Positions 37,593 through 46,296 of a stretch of DNA of 64,000 nt are shown piece by piece. Every line of letters starts with the position of its first letter. Positions within the stretch are counted from its first letter, which is position 1. Source of the stretch: Cenarchaeum sp. (GTDB taxonomy: Archaea > Thermoproteota > Nitrososphaeria > Nitrososphaerales > Nitrosopumilaceae). The stretch is taken from contig CBDESU010000001.1 in the NCBI GenBank assembly GCA_965242695.1, positions 1,536,001-1,600,000 on the forward strand. Direction: 5' to 3'. The notes under the pieces are model-generated. The model was not told the origin of the DNA. It searched no databases and saw nothing but the letters and a program-made list of their open reading frames with translations. The position numbers were made by a program, and so were the translations under genes.

Positions 37593-38462
37593 CTAGGCAT
37601 GCCCCGGGGCATCGCCGCCGTGCGCGGCGGCCCACTTCCTGGCAAAAACCTCCAGCAGGTCTTCGCCTTTAATCGAGGCGTAGTCGACGATGTAGGCCCC
37701 GTCGGCGCCCTTTCTCGCCATCTTGATCTTGACCAGCCCGTCCATGGCCTTGACGATCCACCTGCGGCGCGGGATCGACGGGGCAAAGGATCCAAGTGCG
37801 CGAAACCCCTCCATGATTTCATCAACCGTTATGCACAGCTGTGCCCCTTCCTGCAGGATTCTTCCCTTGACCGCCTCGGAAAATATTTTTTCCCAGAGTA
37901 TGCTCATCGTGTACGTGGGGTGTGGCTCGCTGTCGTAGAACCAGAGTGCGCTAAAGTTGAGCAGGGCGGAGAGGGTGCTGATCTCGATGCCGCGCCTCAT
38001 CGATGAGCACAGGCCCGGGTTTGTGAGGCATCCCGACACGGCCTTGACAAAAAACGACTCCTCGTCCCTCCGGAGCCGAGCAAACTCTGCCACGCACAGC
38101 GGATTTGAAAACGGGCCCCCGTCGGATCCCGCCTTTGAGTTCAGGTAGTTCGACATTTCTACGGCGTTTTGCGGCAACGTCGCCGCCACGATGTCGTGCC
38201 TGTCCACGTCCTTTTCCATCCAGCCCACTAGCCTGCAGTCGTATTTTTTCAGCTGCTCGAATATCTTCTGGCGAGCGCGGGCGCACGAGGGAAAGCCCGC
38301 CTTGATCTCGACGACGACGCTCAGGCCGCGCCCCTGCGCCATCATGTCGGGAGTCACGGGGCCCGGCACGATCGTGCCGTCGGCGGAAACCCGCCTTACC
38401 GCCCTGCCCACGTCGACGGATGCGCCGTACCGGCTGAATATTGCGCCGAGTGCTGCGAGCAT
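37593..38462 (-). CDS. Putative PD-(D/E)xK nuclease with C-terminal winged helix, gene B of the second operon
   Basis: TPDMMAQG...VVVEIKAG...EQLKKY; C-terminal ITVDEIM...WIVKAMDGLVKIKMA...YIVDY is wHTH-like. Confidence 0.65.
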   Translation of the reverse strand: MLAALGAIFSRYGASVDVGRAVRRVSADGTIVPGPVTPDMMAQGRGLSVVVEIKAGFPSCARARQKIFEQLKKYDCRLVGWMEKDVDRHDIVAATLPQNAVEMSNYLNSKAGSDGGPFSNPLCVAEFARLRRDEESFFVKAVSGCLTNPGLCSSMRRGIEISTLSALLNFSALWFYDSEPHPTYTMSILWEKIFSEAVKGRILQEGAQLCITVDEIMEGFRALGSFAPSIPRRRWIVKAMDGLVKIKMARKGADGAYIVDYASIKGEDLLEVFARKWAAAHGGDAPGHA

Positions 38463-38513
38463 CTCGGTCGTATCCTTGTACGATCTGCACTCGGCCAGAT
38501 CCTAGATGCGCCG

Positions 38514-39692
38514 TCAGTGCCGAGCCTCATGGTGCTCCTCCACGCGCCCCTCGCCGAACCGCTCGAATATGTGGTTTACCAGGCGGGCAACGGCGGCAGG
38601 CGTGGCCCCAAGCTGCGGCACGATGGTGATCCTGTCCACGGGCGTTGCCCATACGTCGAACGACGAGCCGTCCACGCAGTCTACTAGCGACATGTGCACA
38701 TGCGGGGCCCTGCGGTACGTGCTGCCCATGGTGTCCGGCATGGAGCGGACGGTGCGCACAAACCTTTCGTTTTCACGCATGTCCCCAAACGCGCCGTCGT
38801 CTAGCGTGATCGCAATAGCCCTGAATCGGCCGCCGTTTTCCTTCCTGGAGCGCCCCGAGTAGAACCCGGTCTTGCCGCTCGCCAGGCCCGCCATGTACGG
38901 CAGCGCGCTAGTACAGAACGGCCGCATCGACAGCCGGAACTGGAGCCGGCACCGCCTAGAGATCTGGCACTCCATCGAGGGGACGCCGTCCTGGACCAGG
39001 CGCATCTGCACCCTGCCTATCCGCCGGCCGCCCTCGGCGGCCTCGTCAAGGGCGTCGCGGTACGGGGCATCCGCGCATGCCGCGGACGATCCGCGCTCCG
39101 ACTCCCTAGTATCGGGCCAGCCGCGGCCGCCCGCCCCGTCCCCGTCAGGGCACGCCTCCACGCCGGCGATCCTGACGGCCCCGCCCGACCTGCGCTCGAG
39201 AATGTCGAGCGCCCCGCGCATCTCGGCCGAGCTCAGGGCCGCCTCGGACACGCCTGGATAGAGCGACTGGACGAACGGCTCAAGTACGCGATCCACGAAC
39301 GCGGCGCTCCCGTCGGTGACGGCAAGGTATACGAACGGATCCTGCATCTTTGCAATCCGTACCATCCCAGACCCGCCGGCGCCCTCGCTGCTCACTGAGA
39401 CGCTTGCCATGCCCGTCCCATGGTCCAGCCGCACCACCTCTGCGGAGAGCGGTGACCCTGACCGCCCCCCGCCCAGGCTGCCGAGCATGTCCACCTTGCA
39501 GACGAGGATCATCGCAGTGACCTTCAGCCGCCCGTCCCCGCGCAGCATCGCGTCGAGCCTCTCCAAGAGCTCCGAGAGTCCACCCTTGTACTCGTGCTCG
39601 TACAGCCAGTACGCCGCGTCCTGCCGTTCCCTCTGCCTGGCCACGAGCCTTGTTTCCTGCCCCGCCATGGTTGCGGGAACTGCCTGCCGCAT
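38514..39692 (-). CDS. Hypothetical protein (~390 aa), gene A of the second operon
   Basis: C-terminal HMSLVDCVDGSSFDVW...ITIVPQLGATPAAVARLVNHIFERFG parallels the C-terminus of 4877..6022. Confidence 0.75.
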   Translation of the reverse strand: MRQAVPATMAGQETRLVARQRERQDAAYWLYEHEYKGGLSELLERLDAMLRGDGRLKVTAMILVCKVDMLGSLGGGRSGSPLSAEVVRLDHGTGMASVSVSSEGAGGSGMVRIAKMQDPFVYLAVTDGSAAFVDRVLEPFVQSLYPGVSEAALSSAEMRGALDILERRSGGAVRIAGVEACPDGDGAGGRGWPDTRESERGSSAACADAPYRDALDEAAEGGRRIGRVQMRLVQDGVPSMECQISRRCRLQFRLSMRPFCTSALPYMAGLASGKTGFYSGRSRKENGGRFRAIAITLDDGAFGDMRENERFVRTVRSMPDTMGSTYRRAPHVHMSLVDCVDGSSFDVWATPVDRITIVPQLGATPAAVARLVNHIFERFGEGRVEEHHEARH

Positions 39693-40095
39693 TTATGTCG
39701 TTGTGCATTGTGCCGCAGCAGTTGCGGCCGCCGCTCGCATTTGGGCGGCGGGCGCGCGGACGGACTTGCGGGCGGCGCGGGCCGCATGGCCGGGAATGCC
39801 GCCCCTGCCAGCCGGCATGGCGGCTCGCTGCGCGCCCCTCCGTCCCGCGGGGCGGTGCTGGGCTGCGGGGCCTGCATCCGCCCTTGATCGGGCGCAGCCT
39901 CCGATCCGCCCGCGGCTCATCCGGCGCCGGCGCCCGGGGCGGAGGCGCGGCTGCCGCCAGCCGGCGCCAGAGCCGTGGACAGGCGGCGGCCCGCGGCCGG
40001 CAGCCGACGAGGGGCGCGATTCTGCACTCCCATGCCCGGGCACCCGCACTCTGCCCTGTCCGCCCGCCGGCCGCAGCAGTGCCGGCCCCGCCGCA

Positions 40096-40172
40096 CCGTG
40101 CTGCACAAGGGTCATTCTGACGCCTACGCATGCCTATGCTGTAGTCGCCAACAGCGCGGCCATGCAACACGG
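40096..40172 (-). ncRNA. Nested hairpin element, copy 3 (inverted, abutting the polB stop)
   Basis: Reverse complement reads CCGTGTTGCATGGCCGCGCTGTTGGCGACTAC...GTAGGCGTCAGAATGACCCTTGTGCAGCACGG. Confidence 0.5.
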
Positions 40173-40174
40173 CA

Positions 40175-42847
40175 TCAGTAGAAGAACTGGTCGATGCCCG
40201 CCTGCTTTGGCTTGCCTAGGACGTCGTCAAAGTCCAGGCCCATCGCGGACGTGAGCTGGTCTAGCGTCGACTCCATGAACTCTAGGTACTTTTTCGTGTC
40301 GACCTCGTCCTGGCGCGCCGTCTCTAGCGGCTTTACGCCGGCCTTGCCGATCGTCTTTACGTACGATATGATGTCGCCCTTTCGGACGGTCCTGTCCCGG
40401 TCGTGCTGCTCTAGCAGCCGGGCCGCGCGTATGTGCTGCGGGACGGTCTTTGTGTACTCGGCCGGCGCCTTGCTGATCATTACGCGGAACGCGAGCTCTT
40501 TGAGTGGCACCTTGCGGTCCTCGACGCGGCGGCCGCACTCGGCTATCCGCTCGGATATGCGCGCCTTTGCCGCGTCGAACTCTTCCGGGGCGGTCACCGC
40601 GGAGAGCACCTCCAGCAGCTCGGAGAACAGGGCGCGCAGGAACGGCGGCGTGTGCGACTTTTTTCCCGTCAGCCCCTTTACGTCGACCTTGCCGGACTTT
40701 GTCACGCCAAAGTAGTTCTTCTTGCGGTCGCTCAGCACGACGTACCTGTACTCCTTGTCGACCTCCAGCTCCACCCCGTGCTCGTCCTTTGCCCTGCCGA
40801 TCACGCGCCCGACCTGCTCGGGCGTGTGGTCCTTTATGAAGACCGAGTCCGTGTCGCCGTACAGCACCCGTATGCCGTCGCCGCGGCACGCCTCGATCGT
40901 CCTCACGATGATGTGCCGGCCGACGGCCGTCGTGGCCTCGGCGGCCGGCAGAAAGTACAGCGGGAATATTTCGGCGCCCATCACGCCGTAGCTCGCGTTG
41001 AGGATGACCTTGAGGGCCTGGCTGACTACCGTGTACTGCTGCCGCTGATCCTCGCGCAGCGCGGGATCCTTTGAGAGGCTCTTGTAGTAGTTTACGCGCA
41101 GGTCGCGCAGCGTCCCTATCAGCAGCGACTCTATGCCGTTGCGCCTCCCGCACGACCAGTGGGCCGTGTCTGGTATGGTGTTCTTTTTGCACGCCTCGTG
41201 GTCGCACCTCACCGTCTCGTACGACAGGTTGCGCACCTTTATGATGCTTGGGTACAGGCTCGCAAAGTCCATGACGGTCACGTCAAAGTGGACGCCCTCC
41301 TCTGGATCGACGACGAGGCCGCCGCGGTACTTTTTGTTCTTGATGACGGCATCGTTGCTAACCCCCTGCGACCTGCGCTCGAGCTCGTCGCGCCGCGGTA
41401 TGAGCCACCCGCGCCTGCGGTGCTCGTGGTACAGCAGGCTGCGTATCCACTGCGAGACGCCGACGCGCGAGATGTCGTCGATGGGCATCTTTGATATGCG
41501 GCTGATGACGACGAGCAGGTCCATGAGGATGCCGCTGCCGAACGTCGTGAGCTCGTGCGTGAGCCGCGCATCGTTGTAGCAGTAGTTTGCCGTCTGCTGC
41601 ACGTCGAGCTCGCCGAGCTGCACGCCGTAGTCTACCTTTTCCTCTCCTAGCAGCGCCTTTGCGACGCTGTTTAGCTTGAAGTCGGTGTACTTTGCGCCGA
41701 ACGCGTATATCTGGAACGCCCTGTTCGAGAGGGTCTTGTACAGGTCGATGTGCACGCCGCCCTTTAGCGTCGCCGAGTCGCGCATCATGTACAGCGGGTT
41801 CTCGGCGCGCGGTATGCCGAGGCGCTCGGCCCTGTTGAACATGTACGGCATGTCAAAGTCGTCGCCGTTGTACGTCAGGACGAACGGGAACGACCCTATC
41901 ACGGCGAGCGCATCGCGCACCATCTCCTTCTCGTCGCCGTACACGACGACCTCGACATCCTCGGCAAGCTCGCGCTTGCCCTCCCTGTCGCCTTCCCGGC
42001 GCAGGACGAAGACCCTCTTGTACTTGCCGCTGCCGTCGAACCCGACGGCCGTGACCTGGCGGTCGGCCAGGCGCGCGTCGGGTATGCGCCCCTCTTCCGA
42101 GTCGACCTCTATGTCGAACGCGAGGCGGCGCACGTGCGGTATCGGCTGGCTGAGCAGGTCGGCCCACTCCTCGGCGAACTTCTTGAACTCGGCCGGATCG
42201 ACCATCGAGTCGTACGAGACGCGGTCCCACAGGAGCGTCTTTAGGGCCTCGCGCACGCCGGCCGGCACGTCCATGTCGGACGCTACGATCTTTCCGCCCT
42301 CGGCCGCATAGTACCTGCCGACGACAAGGCCCGCGTCGTACAGGTACGTCTCGTAGTACTTTATGTCCGACTCCCAGGTCTCGACGATGCTGCGGACGCT
42401 GCCGTCGCGCCCGCCGATGACGAGCGGGTCAGTGGCCGTGATCTTTGTTACCGTGACCTTTTCGTCGCGCAGCGGATCGTACAGGCCCACGGGCTCGACC
42501 GAGACGACCCCCTGCATGCCCGAGACGTTTTCCAGGTCGGCAGGCGGCAGCCTAGAGTAGCAGTACGGCCTGTGGCCGGTGCGGTCCGTCCAGAGGCGCA
42601 CCGTCTTTGCCTCGGGGTCGTAGAACTTTAGGACGGCCGACCTCGTGCGGTTGTCGTACGCGGCCGAGACGAGCATCGACTGCGGCATCGCATCGCCTTC
42701 GGCCGCGACGGCGCCCGGATCGGGCCGCGCGGCAGGTGGATCGGCGGCGGCGGCGCCCCCGTTCCCGTCCGTCGGCTTCGCAGCCGCGCCGCCGCTGCTC
42801 GCCTGGCCCGCCCCGCCGGGGCCGGCGCCGCCGTTCCCGTCCGTCAA
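40175..42847 (-). CDS. polB: Family B DNA polymerase (PolB1)
   Basis: Exonuclease motifs FDIEV, YNGDDFD and YCYNDA; polymerase motifs DFASLYPS, KVILNASYG, YGDTDS and KKNYFG. Probable TTG start overlapping the upstream stop. Confidence 0.97.
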   Translation of the reverse strand: MTDGNGGAGPGGAGQASSGGAAAKPTDGNGGAAAADPPAARPDPGAVAAEGDAMPQSMLVSAAYDNRTRSAVLKFYDPEAKTVRLWTDRTGHRPYCYSRLPPADLENVSGMQGVVSVEPVGLYDPLRDEKVTVTKITATDPLVIGGRDGSVRSIVETWESDIKYYETYLYDAGLVVGRYYAAEGGKIVASDMDVPAGVREALKTLLWDRVSYDSMVDPAEFKKFAEEWADLLSQPIPHVRRLAFDIEVDSEEGRIPDARLADRQVTAVGFDGSGKYKRVFVLRREGDREGKRELAEDVEVVVYGDEKEMVRDALAVIGSFPFVLTYNGDDFDMPYMFNRAERLGIPRAENPLYMMRDSATLKGGVHIDLYKTLSNRAFQIYAFGAKYTDFKLNSVAKALLGEEKVDYGVQLGELDVQQTANYCYNDARLTHELTTFGSGILMDLLVVISRISKMPIDDISRVGVSQWIRSLLYHEHRRRGWLIPRRDELERRSQGVSNDAVIKNKKYRGGLVVDPEEGVHFDVTVMDFASLYPSIIKVRNLSYETVRCDHEACKKNTIPDTAHWSCGRRNGIESLLIGTLRDLRVNYYKSLSKDPALREDQRQQYTVVSQALKVILNASYGVMGAEIFPLYFLPAAEATTAVGRHIIVRTIEACRGDGIRVLYGDTDSVFIKDHTPEQVGRVIGRAKDEHGVELEVDKEYRYVVLSDRKKNYFGVTKSGKVDVKGLTGKKSHTPPFLRALFSELLEVLSAVTAPEEFDAAKARISERIAECGRRVEDRKVPLKELAFRVMISKAPAEYTKTVPQHIRAARLLEQHDRDRTVRKGDIISYVKTIGKAGVKPLETARQDEVDTKKYLEFMESTLDQLTSAMGLDFDDVLGKPKQAGIDQFFY

Positions 42848-43410
42848 CAGCACCCGCCCCCGCCGCCGCCGCCGCCGGCGCGCGCGCCGGCTATCCTGCC
42901 GGCCCAGTGGACGACGCGCTCCTCTTCCATCGGGCAAAGCTCGACGCCGGCCTGCTTGGCCAGGCCGCGATCCTTCTCGGGATAGTCGGCAAGGTATACG
43001 AACCGCCTGATGCCGATCGTGACGGCCATCTTTGTGCACTCCAGGCACGGGACCAGGGTCGTGTACAGGACAGCGCCCTCTGTGCCCGTCTCGATGCCGA
43101 GTATCGCGCAGTGCATTATGGCGTTGGCCTCGGCGTGGGTGCACAGGCACCTCTCGAGCTGCTCGCCCGACCTTATCTCGCCGCGCACCCGCCTCTGGCA
43201 GCGATCGCACCCGCCCTCGTGGCAGTTCGTCATGCCGGGCGGCGTGCCGTTGTAGCCGGTCGCCAGCTGGCGGTTGTCCCGCGCAATGACGGCGCCTACC
43301 TTTTGCGCAATGCAGTTTGAGCGCAGCTTTGCAAGCTCGGCCTGGAGCATAAAGTACTCGTCCCAAGTGGGCCGGTCGAACCCGCCTTCGCTGCCGCCAG
43401 CGCCCGCCAT
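42844..43410 (-). CDS. dCMP deaminase (ComEB-like)
   Basis: RPTWDEYFM, VGAVI...ATGYNG, HAEANAI and PCLECTK Zn motifs. Confidence 0.93.
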   Translation of the reverse strand: MAGAGGSEGGFDRPTWDEYFMLQAELAKLRSNCIAQKVGAVIARDNRQLATGYNGTPPGMTNCHEGGCDRCQRRVRGEIRSGEQLERCLCTHAEANAIMHCAILGIETGTEGAVLYTTLVPCLECTKMAVTIGIRRFVYLADYPEKDRGLAKQAGVELCPMEEERVVHWAGRIAGARAGGGGGGGGCC

Positions 43411-43596
43411 GCAGGGCCACGCCAGGCGAGCGCAATATACGTGTCGCACGGTGGAGGAGCGATCGCTCCCCGGCCCGGCCGGCGGCGCGGGCGGGCGGGC
43501 GGGGCGGCGCCGCATCCCCGCCGCCCCCTCGCGCCGGCCCTGCCGCACTGCCCCCCTCCCCCCAACGCATAAAGCGGCTCGGCATGCGGCGGGGCC

Positions 43597-45174
43597 GTGG
43601 GCCCCGACTTTGTCGTCCAGAGGTACGTCAGGGAGGGGGCCGTCGAGCGGCGCGACTACCAGGTGGCGCTCGCCGACCAGGCAAAGAAGGAAAACTGCAT
43701 CGTCGTCCTGCCGACGGGCCTAGGCAAGACCGCGGTGGCGGTCCAGGTCATCGCCGAGTTCCTCTCGCGCGGCGACGGCGGCGCGCTGTTCCTGGCGCCC
43801 ACGAGGGTCCTTGCCAGCCAGCACCATACGTTCCTGCAGAAGGCGCTGACGATCGAGGATATTGCGCTGATCACGGGCGAGGACGCGGCGGCAAGGCGCA
43901 AAAAGATGTGGAACAGCAGCAGCGTGGTATGTGCTACCCCCGAGATCGTCCGCAACGACCTAGACAGGGGCGCCGTCGAGGCATCGCAGTTCAGCCTTGC
44001 CGTGTTCGACGAGGCGCACCGGGCCGTCGGAGACTACGCGTACACAAGGATAGCCGACGCAATGGCAGGCGCCGGCGCCCGCATAGTCGGCATGACGGCG
44101 ACGCTGCCTAGCGAGCAGGCAAAGGCGAGGGGCATCATGGCGTCCCTGCGCGCGGCCGGCGTCGCGCAGCGCACCGAGGACAGCGGCGACGTAAAGCCGT
44201 ACATACAGACTACGGACACCGAATGGATAAAGGTCGCGCTCCCGCGCGAGATAGAAAACGTCAGGGCGCTGCTCAACAAGGCGCTCGACTACAGGTACGG
44301 CGCGCTCGCCGGCCAGGGCTTTAGCCTCGGGTCGCGCCGCTCCCTGTCTGCCCTGCTCGGCATACGAAGCGCCGTCCTCTCGCAGCGGCGCGGCGCGGCA
44401 AAGCCGCTCTTCGAGGCCATCCGCATAACGTACGCGCTAAACATGCTAGAGGCGCACGGGATCACGACATTCCTGAGGTTCTGCGAGCGGACGGCAAAGA
44501 GGGGCGGCGCGCCGGCAAAGGCCCTGTTCGAGCAGGACGAGCGCGTGTCAAGGGCCGTCCGGCTCGCAAAGGAGGCGCAGTCGCGCGGCATCGAGCACCC
44601 AAAGATACCAAAGCTCGTAGAGATACTGCGGGGCAACGCCGGCGGCCGGACGCTCGTCTTTTCCAGCTACCGCGACTCGGTCGACGTCATACGGGCGAGC
44701 CTGGAGGAGGCGGGGATCACCTCGGCCATACTCATCGGCAAGGCCGGCGAGGAGGGCCTAAAGCAGAAAAAGCAGGTAGAGACCGTCGAGAGGTTCCGCG
44801 CCGGCGAGTACCAGGCGCTCGTGTCGACGAGGGTCGGCGAGGAGGGCCTGGACATATCCGAGGTCAACCTGGTCGTCTTCTACGACAACGTTCCAAGCTC
44901 GATACGCCACGTGCAGCGCAGGGGGCGGACCGGCAGGAGGGATGCCGGGCGCCTTGTCGTGCTCATCGCCGAAAAGACCATCGACGAGGCGTACTACTGG
45001 ATCGGCAAGAGGAAGATAAGGGCGGCAGGCCGCATGGGCGAAAAGCTCAACATGGAGGTCGGCGCGCCGGCCGCAAGGGCCGCGGCGGCGGCCGAGGCGG
45101 GGGCGCGCGGCGCGCTCGAGGGCAAGGAGCAGGGGGCGGCCGGCGGCGGCAACGTGCTCGACGACTTCCTCTAG
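43597..45174 (+). CDS. hef: Hef/FANCM-like SF2 helicase (no ERCC4 nuclease domain)
   Basis: ERRDYQ, LPTGLGKT, DEAHRAVGDYAY, MTAT, EEGLDI and QRRGRTGR motifs. Confidence 0.92.
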   Translation: MGPDFVVQRYVREGAVERRDYQVALADQAKKENCIVVLPTGLGKTAVAVQVIAEFLSRGDGGALFLAPTRVLASQHHTFLQKALTIEDIALITGEDAAARRKKMWNSSSVVCATPEIVRNDLDRGAVEASQFSLAVFDEAHRAVGDYAYTRIADAMAGAGARIVGMTATLPSEQAKARGIMASLRAAGVAQRTEDSGDVKPYIQTTDTEWIKVALPREIENVRALLNKALDYRYGALAGQGFSLGSRRSLSALLGIRSAVLSQRRGAAKPLFEAIRITYALNMLEAHGITTFLRFCERTAKRGGAPAKALFEQDERVSRAVRLAKEAQSRGIEHPKIPKLVEILRGNAGGRTLVFSSYRDSVDVIRASLEEAGITSAILIGKAGEEGLKQKKQVETVERFRAGEYQALVSTRVGEEGLDISEVNLVVFYDNVPSSIRHVQRRGRTGRRDAGRLVVLIAEKTIDEAYYWIGKRKIRAAGRMGEKLNMEVGAPAARAAAAAEAGARGALEGKEQGAAGGGNVLDDFL

Positions 45175-45179
45175 CGGCG

Positions 45180-45461
45180 TCAGGCCAGGCGCTTTATCAC
45201 GTGGTATCCGTACCGGGTCTTTACCGGCGCCGACATCTCGCCGACGGCGAGCGAAAAGGCCGCCTTTTCAAACTCCTTTACCATGGCGCCGCGCCCAAAG
45301 TAGCCGAGGCTGCCGTCCCTGCGCGCGCTGCCCGAGTCGTTCGAGAGCTCGCGCGCGAGCCTGCCGAACTTTTCGCCCCCCTTGACGCGCGCGATCGCCG
45401 CCTCTGCCTCGCCGAGCTTTTCGACGAGTATGTGCGAGCACTTTATCTTGCCTTCGGCCAC
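45180..45461 (-). CDS. Parvulin-type peptidyl-prolyl isomerase
   Basis: IKCSHILV, GSLGYFGRGAMVKEFEKAAF and PVKTRYGYHVIK motifs. Confidence 0.95.
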   Translation of the reverse strand: MAEGKIKCSHILVEKLGEAEAAIARVKGGEKFGRLARELSNDSGSARRDGSLGYFGRGAMVKEFEKAAFSLAVGEMSAPVKTRYGYHVIKRLA

Positions 45462-45523
45462 GGGCGGGCGCCGGGCGGCGGTGCTAAAAGGCTTGGGGCA
45501 GGAGGGCGCCGGCGCATGAGCCG

Positions 45524-45817
45524 CTACACGCCGAGTATCTTTTTTAGCATGACGCGGTAGTCGACGTCTACCTTTTTGGCGCCGGCCGCCGGGAGGGCAA
45601 AGACCAGCGTCGACGTCCTTGCGCGCAGCGCCGTCAGCTCGTCGGCGATGGGGCCCGACACGTCGTCGCTAACCAGGACCAGGCCCACGTCCGAGTCGCC
45701 CGAGAGCCGCCGCACCTCGGCGAGCGCCCCGTCGGGGGTGTCGGCGACCGTGCCCGGCACGCCGGCGAGCTCAAAGCTGGTCACAAACGACCGCTTGCCG
45801 ACCGTGACGATCCTCAC
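45524..45817 (-). CDS. atpF: A/V-type ATP synthase subunit F
   Basis: GTG start MRIVTVGKRSFVTSFELAGV...DVGLVLV...LKKILGV. Confidence 0.85.
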   Translation of the reverse strand: MRIVTVGKRSFVTSFELAGVPGTVADTPDGALAEVRRLSGDSDVGLVLVSDDVSGPIADELTALRARTSTLVFALPAAGAKKVDVDYRVMLKKILGV

Positions 45818-46296
45818 GGCGGCGGCGGCGGGAGGCTGCGATTTAACCGTTTGCGGCGGCGGGCAGGGGCGCCGCGGCAGGCGCGTACAGGCCGCATCGG
45901 GAACGCGGATCGGCGGGTGTGGCCGGAGGGCGGGCGGGCGGGCTGGGCGGGCTGGGCGCTGCCGGTGCGCCGTCCTCCGGCGCGGAACGGTGTGCGGTGT
46001 GCGGGACCTCTGGGCACCTGCCAGTGCCGGCGGCGCGCGTGACGACGGGCGGGCTGGCGGCAAGGCGGATGCGACTTGCCGGCAGTGCACTGCGCAGCGC
46101 ACTTGACGGCAAGCATTCCGCGTCCCGGACCGCGCATGCCGAGCCACACGGCGCCTGCCGAGCCATCGTGCCGCATCGGTGCCGGGCTGCGACGTGCCGG
46201 CCGAGGCGGCCGAGGGCGGCGGGACGGGCAATGCGGCCACGGGCGGCGGCGCGCGGACAGGCGTATGCTTGCGTAGATGCCGCACGCCCTAGCAGG

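Noticed and set aside
42848-43585. N-terminally extended 1136-aa PolB
   Set aside because: The extension overlaps the dCMP deaminase gene in another frame; the real start is at or after 42847.
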